From IMG/VR virus record IMGVR_UViG_3300025018_000285, positions 1 through 38,993 of that record: a DNA stretch of 38,993 bases; one strand, 5' to 3'. Under the pieces are notes generated by a model, which was not told where the DNA came from, did no database searches, and was given only the letters and a program-made list of their open reading frames with translations. A program made the position numbers and the translations under genes. Shown here piece after piece: positions 1 to 8,355 of the stretch. Source of the DNA: a virus. Lineage: Duplodnaviria; Caudoviricetes. The number at the start of each line of letters is the position of its first letter. The stretch's first letter is position 1.

Positions 1-330
1 ATTCAGATGATAATTCAGATGATAATTCAGATAATTCAGATGATTCAGATAATTCAGATAATTCAGATAATTCAGATAATTCAGATAATTCAGAAGATTC
101 AGATAATTCAGAAGATTCAGATGATTCAGATAATTCAGATAATTCAGATAATTCAGAAGATTCAGAAGATTCAGATGATTCAGATAATTCAGATAATTCA
201 GATAATTCAGATAATTCAGATAATTCAGATAATTCAGATGATTCAGAAGATTCAGATAATTCAGATAATTCAGATAATTCAGATGATTCAGATGATTCAG
301 AAGATTCAGATAATTCAGATAATTCAGAAG
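1..330 (+). repeat. 9-nt tandem repeat (TCAGATAAT/TCAGATGAT/TCAGAAGAT), roughly 35 units, coding S-D-N/S-D-D/S-E-D
   Basis: Directly visible periodicity; in frame with the CobT-like gene. Confidence 0.95.
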
Positions 331-1721
331 AAATAGGTTCCGAAGATTCAGAAGATGAAGATGATTCACAGGATGCTGGAAAAGAAGAGCAAGAAGATAA
401 TTTCGGTAAAGATGATACAGATGATACAGGTAAAGAATCTGGTGGTAAAGACGATCAAGATATATTGAATGAAACTTTTGATGATATTGAAGACTTTGAT
501 TCTTTAAAAGACAAAATGAATGATCTCACAGAACAAGATGAAATTAATAGTGCAAGAAATTTCAGAGAACAATTAAATACAGATAGTTTCGATAAAGAAT
601 TATTTGATAAATTAAATTCCTCTACAGTTCCTTGTGTAACTTTCAATCTTACTGAATATGATAAATTTGGCCCAAAATTAACTGGATTGACCAAGGGTGG
701 TTATGAAAAAATCATTAGAGAACACACAAAAGAAGTAAACAAAGCTATTAATCTTTTAAAAAGAAAATATCAAGCTAAGATTACTAAAAGAAATGTTTTC
801 AACTTAAATGATGGTAATATAAACTCTGAACAAGTTTATAACTTGGCCGTTAAAAATAATAAAGATTTTAAAATCTTTTTTGATATACAAAAGAAAAGCA
901 ATGTAGACGCAGAAGCTATTTTATTGTTTGATATGAGTGGTTCTATGAATCAAAAAAGATTATATCACGCTACAATAACTTCAATGTGCATATTTTCTCA
1001 CATACTAGAAACAATTGGTATTAGATATAGTGTTTATGGATTCTCTTCTAGAACACATCTTAAACTACCAAAAGTAAAAAGATTTAAAGATTCTGACGGT
1101 AGTAAATTTGTGGAAGGAGACTATTGTATAACTAGAACAAAACGTCCAGATGGTAGTGATACAGTTTATATAAAAGCTATAACTCCTGATGCCGGTTCTA
1201 TTCTTTGTTTCAAAAGTGCAGATAGTTCATTTGAATCATTCAAATATCTTATGAATACTTTCATCAAACATAAAACTATAATATATCATTATTATGGAAT
1301 GACACCAGAATTTCAAGCAGTTGTTAAGATAAAAGAAATTTTTCAAAAAAAATTGAAATATGTAAAAAACAAATTTATGTTTATGTTTAATGATGGAGCA
1401 TACGATCCGATAAACTTTGCTACAATCTTAAAAAGAATGAATTTTACTGATGAGCAAAATTCAAACATAAATAGTAAAATCTCAAATAATGCTAGAGAAG
1501 ACATGAAAAAGAATGGTATTGTTCATACCCGCCATCAACAAGAAAGTGAGATTTATTATTGGTTTGTAGAAATGATGCGAAAAGAAATGAATTTTAATTT
1601 TGCTTGTTTCGGTATTAATTCTACTGCTGGACAAAATTATATGAAAAAAGAAAACTTTCAGTTAATAAATACTAAATCAATAAGTATGAATTTAGCAGAT
1701 AAAATTGCCAGTCTATTATAG
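3..1721 (+). CDS. CobT-like VWA (MIDAS) protein, 5'-truncated by the window, with a long Ser/Asp-rich linker
   Basis: The frame of ORF 465..1721 stays open back to position 3 (TCA GAT GAT AAT TCA...). MIDAS motif LLFDMSGSM, VYGFS, TPE, FMFNDG; lies directly upstream of a CobS-like AAA+ gene. Confidence 0.8.
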   Translation, partial: SDDNSDDNSDNSDDSDNSDNSDNSDNSDNSEDSDNSEDSDDSDNSDNSDNSEDSEDSDDSDNSDNSDNSDNSDNSDNSDDSEDSDNSDNSDNSDDSDDSEDSDNSDNSEEIGSEDSEDEDDSQDAGKEEQEDNFGKDDTDDTGKESGGKDDQDILNETFDDIEDFDSLKDKMNDLTEQDEINSARNFREQLNTDSFDKELFDKLNSSTVPCVTFNLTEYDKFGPKLTGLTKGGYEKIIREHTKEVNKAINLLKRKYQAKITKRNVFNLNDGNINSEQVYNLAVKNNKDFKIFFDIQKKSNVDAEAILLFDMSGSMNQKRLYHATITSMCIFSHILETIGIRYSVYGFSSRTHLKLPKVKRFKDSDGSKFVEGDYCITRTKRPDGSDTVYIKAITPDAGSILCFKSADSSFESFKYLMNTFIKHKTIIYHYYGMTPEFQAVVKIKEIFQKKLKYVKNKFMFMFNDGAYDPINFATILKRMNFTDEQNSNINSKISNNAREDMKKNGIVHTRHQQESEIYYWFVEMMRKEMNFNFACFGINSTAGQNYMKKENFQLINTKSISMNLADKIASLL

Positions 1722-1735
1722 ACTGGCTTTTTTTT
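1707..1735 (+). terminator. Intrinsic terminator overlapping the cobT-like stop codon
   Basis: GCCAGTCTA-TTA-TAGACTGGC followed by T8. Confidence 0.85.
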
Positions 1736-1739
1736 ACTC

Positions 1740-1768
1740 TTGACAGTAATTAAAAAAAATGGTATAAT
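1740..1768 (+). promoter_or_regulatory. Consensus sigma70-type (early) promoter
   Basis: TTGACA-17nt-TATAAT with extended -10 TG; AAGGA RBS before ATG 1789. Confidence 0.9.
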
Positions 1769-1788
1769 AGTAGTATAAGGAAAAAGAA

Positions 1789-3030
1789 ATGACATTAAAA
1801 AAAATAAATGAAGACTCTAGATTCCAACTAGAAAAAGTTAGCAATAAACAATATAAAGCAACTACAGAAGTAAACGAACTAATCTTTAAATTCAATGGAA
1901 CTATTAAGTCTCTTTATACTGTTTTAAAAGATGGAAACTTTGAACTTGAAACTTTAAAACAGTATGAAGAATACACCGAAATTTCAAATACAGATTTATC
2001 GGATTTAGTAGCTAAAGAAGGAAAGGTAGAAACTTTTACAACAGGAGTTGAAGAAACAAAAAAAGTTTTTATTCCTGAAATCGGTACAAGCTTTGAAGAT
2101 TATTATTTTCCAGTATGGAGAAATTCATTTGCTAGAAGAATCAACCTAGGTAAGAATATTTATATTTCTGGGCCTGCTGGTTCTGGTAAATCAGAAATGA
2201 TTATGAAGTTAGCAAAAATGTCCGATCAAAAATTTGTTCGTATTAATATGCACAGCGGAATGGCAACGGCTGATTTAATCGGTAGAATGTTAGTCCAAGC
2301 AAATCCAGAAAACGGAACTGCTGAAACAGTTTTTAAATATGGATATATTCCTACTGCTATGTTAAAAGGTTGGTGGGTAATTCTTGACGAGATTGATTCT
2401 GCGGAAGCAACTACTCTTTTTAGATTACAACCTATACTTGAAGGAAATCCATTAGTGGTCAACGAAAATGAAGGTGAAGTAATAACACCACATGAAAATT
2501 TTAGAATCTTTACTACAGGTAACACTAAAGGTAGAGGTGATGAAGAAAATTCATACATTGGTACAAATTTTATGAATGCTTCTTTTCTTGATAGATTCTC
2601 ATTGTTTGAAATGGAATACACATCTAAAGAAATTGATATTGTTAATAACATCTTACAAGATAAAGAATTATCTGAAAAAATTGTTCAAGTGTTCAAGCTT
2701 TTTCGTGATGCTATAGATCAAGGTCAATTGGCAAACTCGGTCTTCTCTACTAGACGTTTAAAAACAGTAGCAGAAGTTTTAAAATCCGGTGATACTCTAA
2801 AAGAAGCTTTTGAATATGAAGTGATTGGTAGATATACAAAAGATGAACAAAAACTTTTGATGGAATTACTTAAAGATGTTTTCGATAGTTCACATTATCT
2901 AACAAAAAAGTGGACGTTAGGAATGGATCATCCAGTACCAACCGTACCAACCGCACCAATAGTTCCAAAAGTTCCAGATGGTAATGGAGTTTATAGCTCC
3001 GGCACAACAGCTCCACCAGTGTTGTCATAA
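1789..3030 (+). CDS. CobS/MoxR-like AAA+ ATPase
   Basis: Walker A GPAGSGKS, Walker B ILDEID, DLIG, TGNTKGRGD, FLDRF, STRRL. Confidence 0.88.
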   Translation: MTLKKINEDSRFQLEKVSNKQYKATTEVNELIFKFNGTIKSLYTVLKDGNFELETLKQYEEYTEISNTDLSDLVAKEGKVETFTTGVEETKKVFIPEIGTSFEDYYFPVWRNSFARRINLGKNIYISGPAGSGKSEMIMKLAKMSDQKFVRINMHSGMATADLIGRMLVQANPENGTAETVFKYGYIPTAMLKGWWVILDEIDSAEATTLFRLQPILEGNPLVVNENEGEVITPHENFRIFTTGNTKGRGDEENSYIGTNFMNASFLDRFSLFEMEYTSKEIDIVNNILQDKELSEKIVQVFKLFRDAIDQGQLANSVFSTRRLKTVAEVLKSGDTLKEAFEYEVIGRYTKDEQKLLMELLKDVFDSSHYLTKKWTLGMDHPVPTVPTAPIVPKVPDGNGVYSSGTTAPPVLS

Positions 3031-3033
3031 GAT

Positions 3034-3065
3034 AAAAAGAGACTCGAAAGAGTCTCTTTTTTTTT
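3034..3065 (+). terminator. Intrinsic (possibly bidirectional) terminator
   Basis: AAAAAGAGACTC-GAAA-GAGTCTCTTTTT plus T-run. Confidence 0.9.
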
Positions 3066-3101
3066 GTACTTATTTATATAATAACTTATAAAATATAATG
3101 T

Positions 3102-3317
3102 ATGACAGAAAAAGAAATGCAAGCAAAGTATGGTTTTTTCATTATTGAAAAAAGAATATACGAAGATGATGTAGAAGAAATTGGATTGTTTTTTATTCAA
3201 CAAGTAATTAAAGAGATTGCAATGAATAATTTATTAAAATATTTAGACAGACCTATTGTAATGCGTAATGCTATAAAATCATATAAAAAATTTATTAAAG
3301 GACATACGGAGAATTAA
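3102..3317 (+). CDS. Hypothetical protein
   Basis: 71-aa ORF tightly packed in an operon; no motif recognised. Confidence 0.65.
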   Translation: MTEKEMQAKYGFFIIEKRIYEDDVEEIGLFFIQQVIKEIAMNNLLKYLDRPIVMRNAIKSYKKFIKGHTEN

Positions 3318-3321
3318 AGAA

Positions 3322-3693
3322 TTGGAAAAAGAACCTTGGGGATACTCAACAAGAATAAAAATAACAGATTGTGATAAAGATTTGCTCACAGATATAGAGT
3401 ATTGTAAAAAATATTTGACAGACGTAGTGCGACATATAGATATGACTCCATTTGGTGATCCAATTGTAGTTCACTTTGGAAAAGATCCTAAAGTTTCCGG
3501 ACTATCTGGATTCCAGTTGCTTGAAGAAAGTAATATTGCTTTTCACTTTACAGATGGTGGAGAAACAGGTATGACTTTTGATGCTTATATAGATGTATTC
3601 TCATGTAAGCTATATGATAGTGATGAAGTAGCAAATTATTCTGCAACATACTTTGGTGGAAAAGTAGAGTACTCTAGATTCGAGGAAAGATAA
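3322..3693 (+). CDS. S-adenosylmethionine decarboxylase-like pyruvoyl proenzyme (ES-N variant)
   Basis: GLSGFQLLE-ESNIAFHF self-cleavage site, YIDVFSCK; GGAG RBS before a TTG start. Confidence 0.82.
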   Translation: MEKEPWGYSTRIKITDCDKDLLTDIEYCKKYLTDVVRHIDMTPFGDPIVVHFGKDPKVSGLSGFQLLEESNIAFHFTDGGETGMTFDAYIDVFSCKLYDSDEVANYSATYFGGKVEYSRFEER

Positions 3694-3912
3694 ATGCCCA
3701 TTATAGATTATCAATATGAATGTCCAGGTTGTGGAGACAAAGGAGAAACTTCTCAGTGTTTAAAATTTGCTGAAGTTTCTGATAATATTCCTGTAAGATG
3801 TAACAAATGTGGTCTCAAACAACCAGGAAAAAGAGTTTGGGATTCTGCTCCAGCAGTTCACTATAAAGGTACAGGGTTTTTTGTAAACGATTATCCTAAA
3901 GATAAAAAGTAA
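3694..3912 (+). CDS. FmdB-family zinc-ribbon protein
   Basis: Y.YECPGCG...CNKCG...P.VHYKGTGFFVNDY. Confidence 0.85.
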   Translation: MPIIDYQYECPGCGDKGETSQCLKFAEVSDNIPVRCNKCGLKQPGKRVWDSAPAVHYKGTGFFVNDYPKDKK

Positions 3913-3941
3913 AAAAATAAAAATTTTTCATAGATATATGC

Positions 3942-3949
3942 TAAATATA
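3942..3949 (+). promoter_or_regulatory. Putative late promoter TAAATATA
   Basis: Motif 4 nt before ATG 3954; recurs before many late-type genes. Confidence 0.6.
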
Positions 3950-3953
3950 AACT

Positions 3954-4202
3954 ATGAAAAGTTTTGAAGAATATTACCAAGAAGTTTTTTTTAGAAAGTG
4001 GAGTCCTGCGGAAAGATTACATAAGAAGAAAGCTTCTAAAAGAAATAGAAGAGGAACAAACTTTAAAACACTAAAACCAAAGAAAGGTTTTAAAAGAATC
4101 AAAATGGCTGGTACTAATCAATTCATTAGAGTTAGATTATCTACTACCGAAAAAAGAACAAAAAAAGTCGTAGCTGCAAAATTAGGAAAGAAAACTTTTT
4201 AA
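3954..4202 (+). CDS. Small basic protein with capsid-targeting-like N-terminus (putative internal head protein)
   Basis: MKSFEEYYQE followed by a very Lys/Arg-rich body. Confidence 0.65.
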   Translation: MKSFEEYYQEVFFRKWSPAERLHKKKASKRNRRGTNFKTLKPKKGFKRIKMAGTNQFIRVRLSTTEKRTKKVVAAKLGKKTF

Positions 4203-4222
4203 AACATAATATATAATATATT

Positions 4223-4543
4223 ATGCAAAAAAGAAATCGAAATAGTTTAGAGTCTCCTTTTAATCCTTTTATGATTAAAAGGATCGAATTAGAGATACCT
4301 CATAAAGATGAAACGGGTGTCACAAAAATATTCAAATATAAAACGTGGACTATTATTCATAAAAAAAGTGGTAAGCCTCTTGTTTATGGAAAATTTAGTG
4401 ATCTATTACCAAAATTAGAACCACTTAGAATTCTTGGTGCAAATATTCTTGTGTCCAATGAATCAACTACACCAAGACGTTCAGCTAATATTACAACTGA
4501 AGTTGAAGCTATTGTAGAAGAAGAAACACAACAACCTACATGA
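4223..4543 (+). CDS. Hypothetical protein
   Basis: 106-aa ORF; TATAAT 5 nt upstream; ATGA overlap with the next gene. Confidence 0.7.
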   Translation: MQKRNRNSLESPFNPFMIKRIELEIPHKDETGVTKIFKYKTWTIIHKKSGKPLVYGKFSDLLPKLEPLRILGANILVSNESTTPRRSANITTEVEAIVEEETQQPT

Positions 4544-5082
4544 TTGAATCATCTATCATCTATAATGGTGAAATAGACAATGGAGATCCTTATTATGAAT
4601 TAATGAGAACTCTAATAGAAAACAAAGAGAAAGCAGATGTGATTAATTTATACTTAAATTCAACTGGTGGTGACTTCTCTTTGGGGATGGCCCTTATAGA
4701 TGCAATGAATTTGTGTAAAAAAAATGGAGTAACTATTAAAACAATAGCTATTGGTAAAGTTCAAAGTATTGCTTTTCTTATATTTGCAAATGGCAAAAAA
4801 AGATATTCTTTTGAACATGCAGATTTTATGCTACACTCACCATCATTACAATTCAGCAATGATCTTTTAAATACATCACAATTGATAAGAGTTAGTAAAT
4901 ATATGCAAATCAATTGTGAAGCTGTTGAAAAATGTTTGAGAGAAACTGTGAATAAAACCAATTGGAAAGCCTTCCAGAAAGAGTATATAGATGTTTCTGG
5001 CGATCATTATATGTCTGCTTCTACTTTAAAATTTTATGGAGTAGTAGATAAAATTATAGAAAAATGGGATGATATAAAATGA
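4540..5082 (+). CDS. clpP: ClpP-like serine protease
   Basis: LYLNSTGGD, GKVQSIA (catalytic Ser), FMLHSP (His), D.YMSA...YGVVD. Confidence 0.85.
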   Translation: MIESSIIYNGEIDNGDPYYELMRTLIENKEKADVINLYLNSTGGDFSLGMALIDAMNLCKKNGVTIKTIAIGKVQSIAFLIFANGKKRYSFEHADFMLHSPSLQFSNDLLNTSQLIRVSKYMQINCEAVEKCLRETVNKTNWKAFQKEYIDVSGDHYMSASTLKFYGVVDKIIEKWDDIK

Positions 5083-5588
5083 AAGAAGAATTAAAACAAG
5101 TTAATCCTAACAGTATAATCATTTTTGATTCTTATGATAAAACTTTGCTTGATGATACTATTGATAGTGTTACAAGTTATTTAAGCAACTTTATTCTTAA
5201 AAAATTCCAAGCAGATAAAAAAAATTTCTATGAATCTACATTTAGTTTTTTTGAAAAGTTAATAGATAAAAATTATATAGTTAAAGAAAGTTTTTATACA
5301 CCTTTTGTTGAATCTATGCTTGGTAGATCATACTCTATCACATCATCTGATCTTAGAAAACTAGAACGCATTCAGTTATTTTATTTTTTTATTGAAGCAA
5401 AAAAACCAAAGACTATAAAAGAAATTCAAAAATGGGATTTATATAATTATTCTTTTCATAAATCTAACTTACCTATTAAAATAAAAATAGATTTGAATAA
5501 CTATGAAAAATCCTTAATTGATTTTAAAGAACAGTATGTTCAATATATAATTAAAGTTAATCCTTATCTGATTGTGTCTCAGTCTTAG
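5079..5588 (+). CDS. Hypothetical protein
   Basis: 169-aa ORF coupled by an ATGA overlap. Confidence 0.65.
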   Translation: MKEELKQVNPNSIIIFDSYDKTLLDDTIDSVTSYLSNFILKKFQADKKNFYESTFSFFEKLIDKNYIVKESFYTPFVESMLGRSYSITSSDLRKLERIQLFYFFIEAKKPKTIKEIQKWDLYNYSFHKSNLPIKIKIDLNNYEKSLIDFKEQYVQYIIKVNPYLIVSQS

Positions 5589-6744
5589 TTCCAATAAATT
5601 TACTTACAATCAAATCTCTAAGTTCCTTATCCATTATTGAATCCTTTAATATAATTTCAGTAAGAACTTTTTTAAAAGAAGTAAAAATAGTATCTTTAGA
5701 ACTATATACATAATCAGCATCAACACCATCTAATTTCTTTTTAATTTTATTTGTATATTTATTGATTTGTATTTTTTTTGCAGCGTACTCAGTTTCACTT
5801 AATTCTTTACTCAGTTTAACAAATAATTCATCAAGTCTTTTAAACTGGCTACCAGGAGAAAACTGATCTACAAGCATTTTAGTTACCGTCTTACGAATTA
5901 TAGCATCTTTATCGTATTCAGTACCTATTGAACCAAGAGTGGTTTTTAAATATTTTATTTTAGCATTATTTGACATCGTCTTCAGCATTATAAATCTCAC
6001 TGTAGTTCTTGAATTATAAAAAGCATAAAAATCTTTTTGAGTAGTCATCATAGAGGCCCAAACTGTTTTAGCATCTTCGGACGCATCTTTTCTAGATGCT
6101 ATTGCTTTTAATTTATATGCTACAGCTAAATAACATTTTTTTCCTATACCCATGCTTTTTAAAATTTCAGGTAATCCTAGTGGAAAGTGAACTCTATTAG
6201 CAGTCGTTTCGACTTCAAAATAAATACCATCCAATCTTTTTGAATCGAAAGAAGAAAGATTGAAAAACTTTTTTGCTTTTTTAAATAAATCATTTACAAA
6301 CTTTTCTTGTTTTGGGTCTGCATACTCTAATTTAAAACTTTTTTCTAATTCTACATTTGTAACATATTCAATTATCTCTATTCTTTTAGAATATTGGATA
6401 TCATTATTATCTTCTATAAGATTTTCATACAATTTTATAAACTTTTTAGGTAAAACTTTGTTTAAATCTAAAATAGCTTCCTCATCTCCTAAACTCACCG
6501 GAATTTTTTTAGGGTCGAGATTTTTTACAGCTAAAACTAAATCTTCTTTGATATCTTCCAAAGCTCCAAGAAATTCTTCTTGTAAAGCTTTAAAAACTAA
6601 ATCTTTTTTACCGTCTCTCTTGACTTCTTTGCCAGTGATTCGTTTAGCAAGTTTACCAGCTAATTTGCTATCGCTTTTTTTTGTAGCATGGTATAATTCA
6701 CCTGCTGGTATAGGAGCTTCAAAATAATCTCTAAACTTTTTCAC
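5557..6744 (-). CDS. Putative head-packaged protein with GNAT-like segment
   Basis: N-term MKKFRDYFE; internal LPEILKSMGIGKKCY...S.DAKTVW resembles GNAT acetyl-CoA motif A and the following helix. Confidence 0.55.
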   Translation of the reverse strand: MKKFRDYFEAPIPAGELYHATKKSDSKLAGKLAKRITGKEVKRDGKKDLVFKALQEEFLGALEDIKEDLVLAVKNLDPKKIPVSLGDEEAILDLNKVLPKKFIKLYENLIEDNNDIQYSKRIEIIEYVTNVELEKSFKLEYADPKQEKFVNDLFKKAKKFFNLSSFDSKRLDGIYFEVETTANRVHFPLGLPEILKSMGIGKKCYLAVAYKLKAIASRKDASEDAKTVWASMMTTQKDFYAFYNSRTTVRFIMLKTMSNNAKIKYLKTTLGSIGTEYDKDAIIRKTVTKMLVDQFSPGSQFKRLDELFVKLSKELSETEYAAKKIQINKYTNKIKKKLDGVDADYVYSSKDTIFTSFKKVLTEIILKDSIMDKELRDLIVSKFIGTKTETQSDKD

Positions 6745-8257
6745 TTTGCTTGAATCCTTTCAGATCACTCAATGCTTTTGTAAAAGTTCCTTTCTTAGGT
6801 TTAGCAGTTTGTACTGGAACTAAGCCTTGTTTTAGTTGTTCATATTGTGAATCAGTAATCCCGTTATCTTTTATGAATTGAAAAAAATCTGGATAGTCCT
6901 CTTGTGATATTGTAATGTTTCTTTTCGGATCACTTATTCTAATACTTGTCTTACCATCTTTAGCTTTAAGAAGAACATGAGTAAGTCTAATCATTGCAAG
7001 CCATCTTTTAGTAGCCTCAATAGTTACATATACATCATTCGATGCTGTATGCCAATCTAAGTTTTTAGCAATAGCACCAAGTTTACCAAGCGATACTGAA
7101 GATTTAGGGTTATCAAAAATCTTATTCCATTTTTTAGAATCAATACCAGATGTTTCTTTAATCTTTTCATAAAACTTTTTCAAAATTTGTTGTCTTTTTT
7201 TATCGCCTTTTACAAATTTTTTAAATACTTCTTGAGTATCCATAGAATCACCAAAAGTATCTTCGACTTTTTCTTTACCTTTTCTAGTAGTATAACCTTT
7301 AGTTCTTCTTTTTAATTCTGCTTTGATAGCCGTAAGAGATTTAGATTTCTTTTGATCGAATTTTTTAATGTTTCTAAAAATTTCAGCATTTCTATCTAGC
7401 AATTCACCAGTAACCATACCTTGATCGTAAGAAAGATTTTGAGCAACAACCACAACCTTTTTATCTTTATTATCTGATTTAACTTTTTTTACAAAACTTA
7501 TGAAAGCATCAACAATTTCACTTTCTGTTTTCTTTCTTTCTACTTTATAACCTTCACCAAGTTTTGATTTATCCCAACTCTCAATTCTTTTAAAGTCATC
7601 TTTTTTAGCTTTAGTCATATCCATAAGACCTTCAATTTCAAAAGAAGATTTCAGTAGATAAGCAATTTTATTAATATCTATTTGTTTTTTATTTGTGAGA
7701 ATTGTTGCTAAAGATTCTTTAAAACCTGGCATATTAAATTTAAAGCCATCTTTGTTTGCTTTATAGGCTTCTTTAATTTTCCCCATTTGAACAGTTGTAA
7801 TATCTGGATATTTTTTAGTGATATTGTTTTTTAATTTAGTCGGGTTTTTTTGATACTTTAATTTATCTAATTCCATTTTAAGATGGAGTGTCCCATCTGG
7901 TATAACTTTGAAATCGTTATCGTAAGCTGTGGCAGCTAACTCATATATTTGATCTCTCTCAGTTGTCATACCATTATCTTTTACAGAAGTTTTTTGAGTT
8001 AATCCTGTTGTTTCAGTATCAAAAACTACAAAAATAGTATCTGCATAATTATCTATTTTTGAGTCATTTGTAAAAGGATTTACATTATCTTTTACATATC
8101 CAAGAATATCTTGGATTCTTATTGACTTAGTTATTTGATTAAAAATACCATCAAATTGTTTCGATATTTTTTTCAAGTTACTAAATTTTTCTTTCGTCAT
8201 GCCTTCTGGCATCTTTAATTCATTATAAATTTTCAGGTAGGTTTCAAAATTGCTCAT
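6731..8257 (-). CDS. DEDDh 3'-5' exonuclease (DnaQ-like) with large insertions
   Basis: ExoI VVFDTETTGL, ExoII AQNLSYD, SMDT, ExoIII HTASNDV. Confidence 0.85.
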   Translation of the reverse strand: MSNFETYLKIYNELKMPEGMTKEKFSNLKKISKQFDGIFNQITKSIRIQDILGYVKDNVNPFTNDSKIDNYADTIFVVFDTETTGLTQKTSVKDNGMTTERDQIYELAATAYDNDFKVIPDGTLHLKMELDKLKYQKNPTKLKNNITKKYPDITTVQMGKIKEAYKANKDGFKFNMPGFKESLATILTNKKQIDINKIAYLLKSSFEIEGLMDMTKAKKDDFKRIESWDKSKLGEGYKVERKKTESEIVDAFISFVKKVKSDNKDKKVVVVAQNLSYDQGMVTGELLDRNAEIFRNIKKFDQKKSKSLTAIKAELKRRTKGYTTRKGKEKVEDTFGDSMDTQEVFKKFVKGDKKRQQILKKFYEKIKETSGIDSKKWNKIFDNPKSSVSLGKLGAIAKNLDWHTASNDVYVTIEATKRWLAMIRLTHVLLKAKDGKTSIRISDPKRNITISQEDYPDFFQFIKDNGITDSQYEQLKQGLVPVQTAKPKKGTFTKALSDLKGFKQSEKV

Positions 8258-8261
8258 AGAA

Positions 8262-8269
8262 TATATTTA
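8262..8269 (-). promoter_or_regulatory. Putative late promoter TAAATATA
   Basis: Reverse complement lies 4 nt before ATG 8257. Confidence 0.6.
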
Positions 8270-8355
8270 TGAAAAAACGTCAAATTTCATCAAAAATAAT
8301 TTTATTTAGAATTAAAAATACAAAAAACTATATAATAAGACATGGCCAAACATAT

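Noticed and set aside
1-330. Repeat as a CRISPR array or telomere
   Set aside because: No spacers; it is a coding tripeptide repeat.
7-336. 109-aa IIQ-repeat ORF
   Set aside because: Off-frame reading of the 9-nt repeat; the S-D-x frame is continuous with the CobT-like gene.
8269-8355. Listed N-terminal extension of dnaE-N
   Set aside because: It overlaps the divergent promoter region; PHP homology begins at FLSIHNHS.
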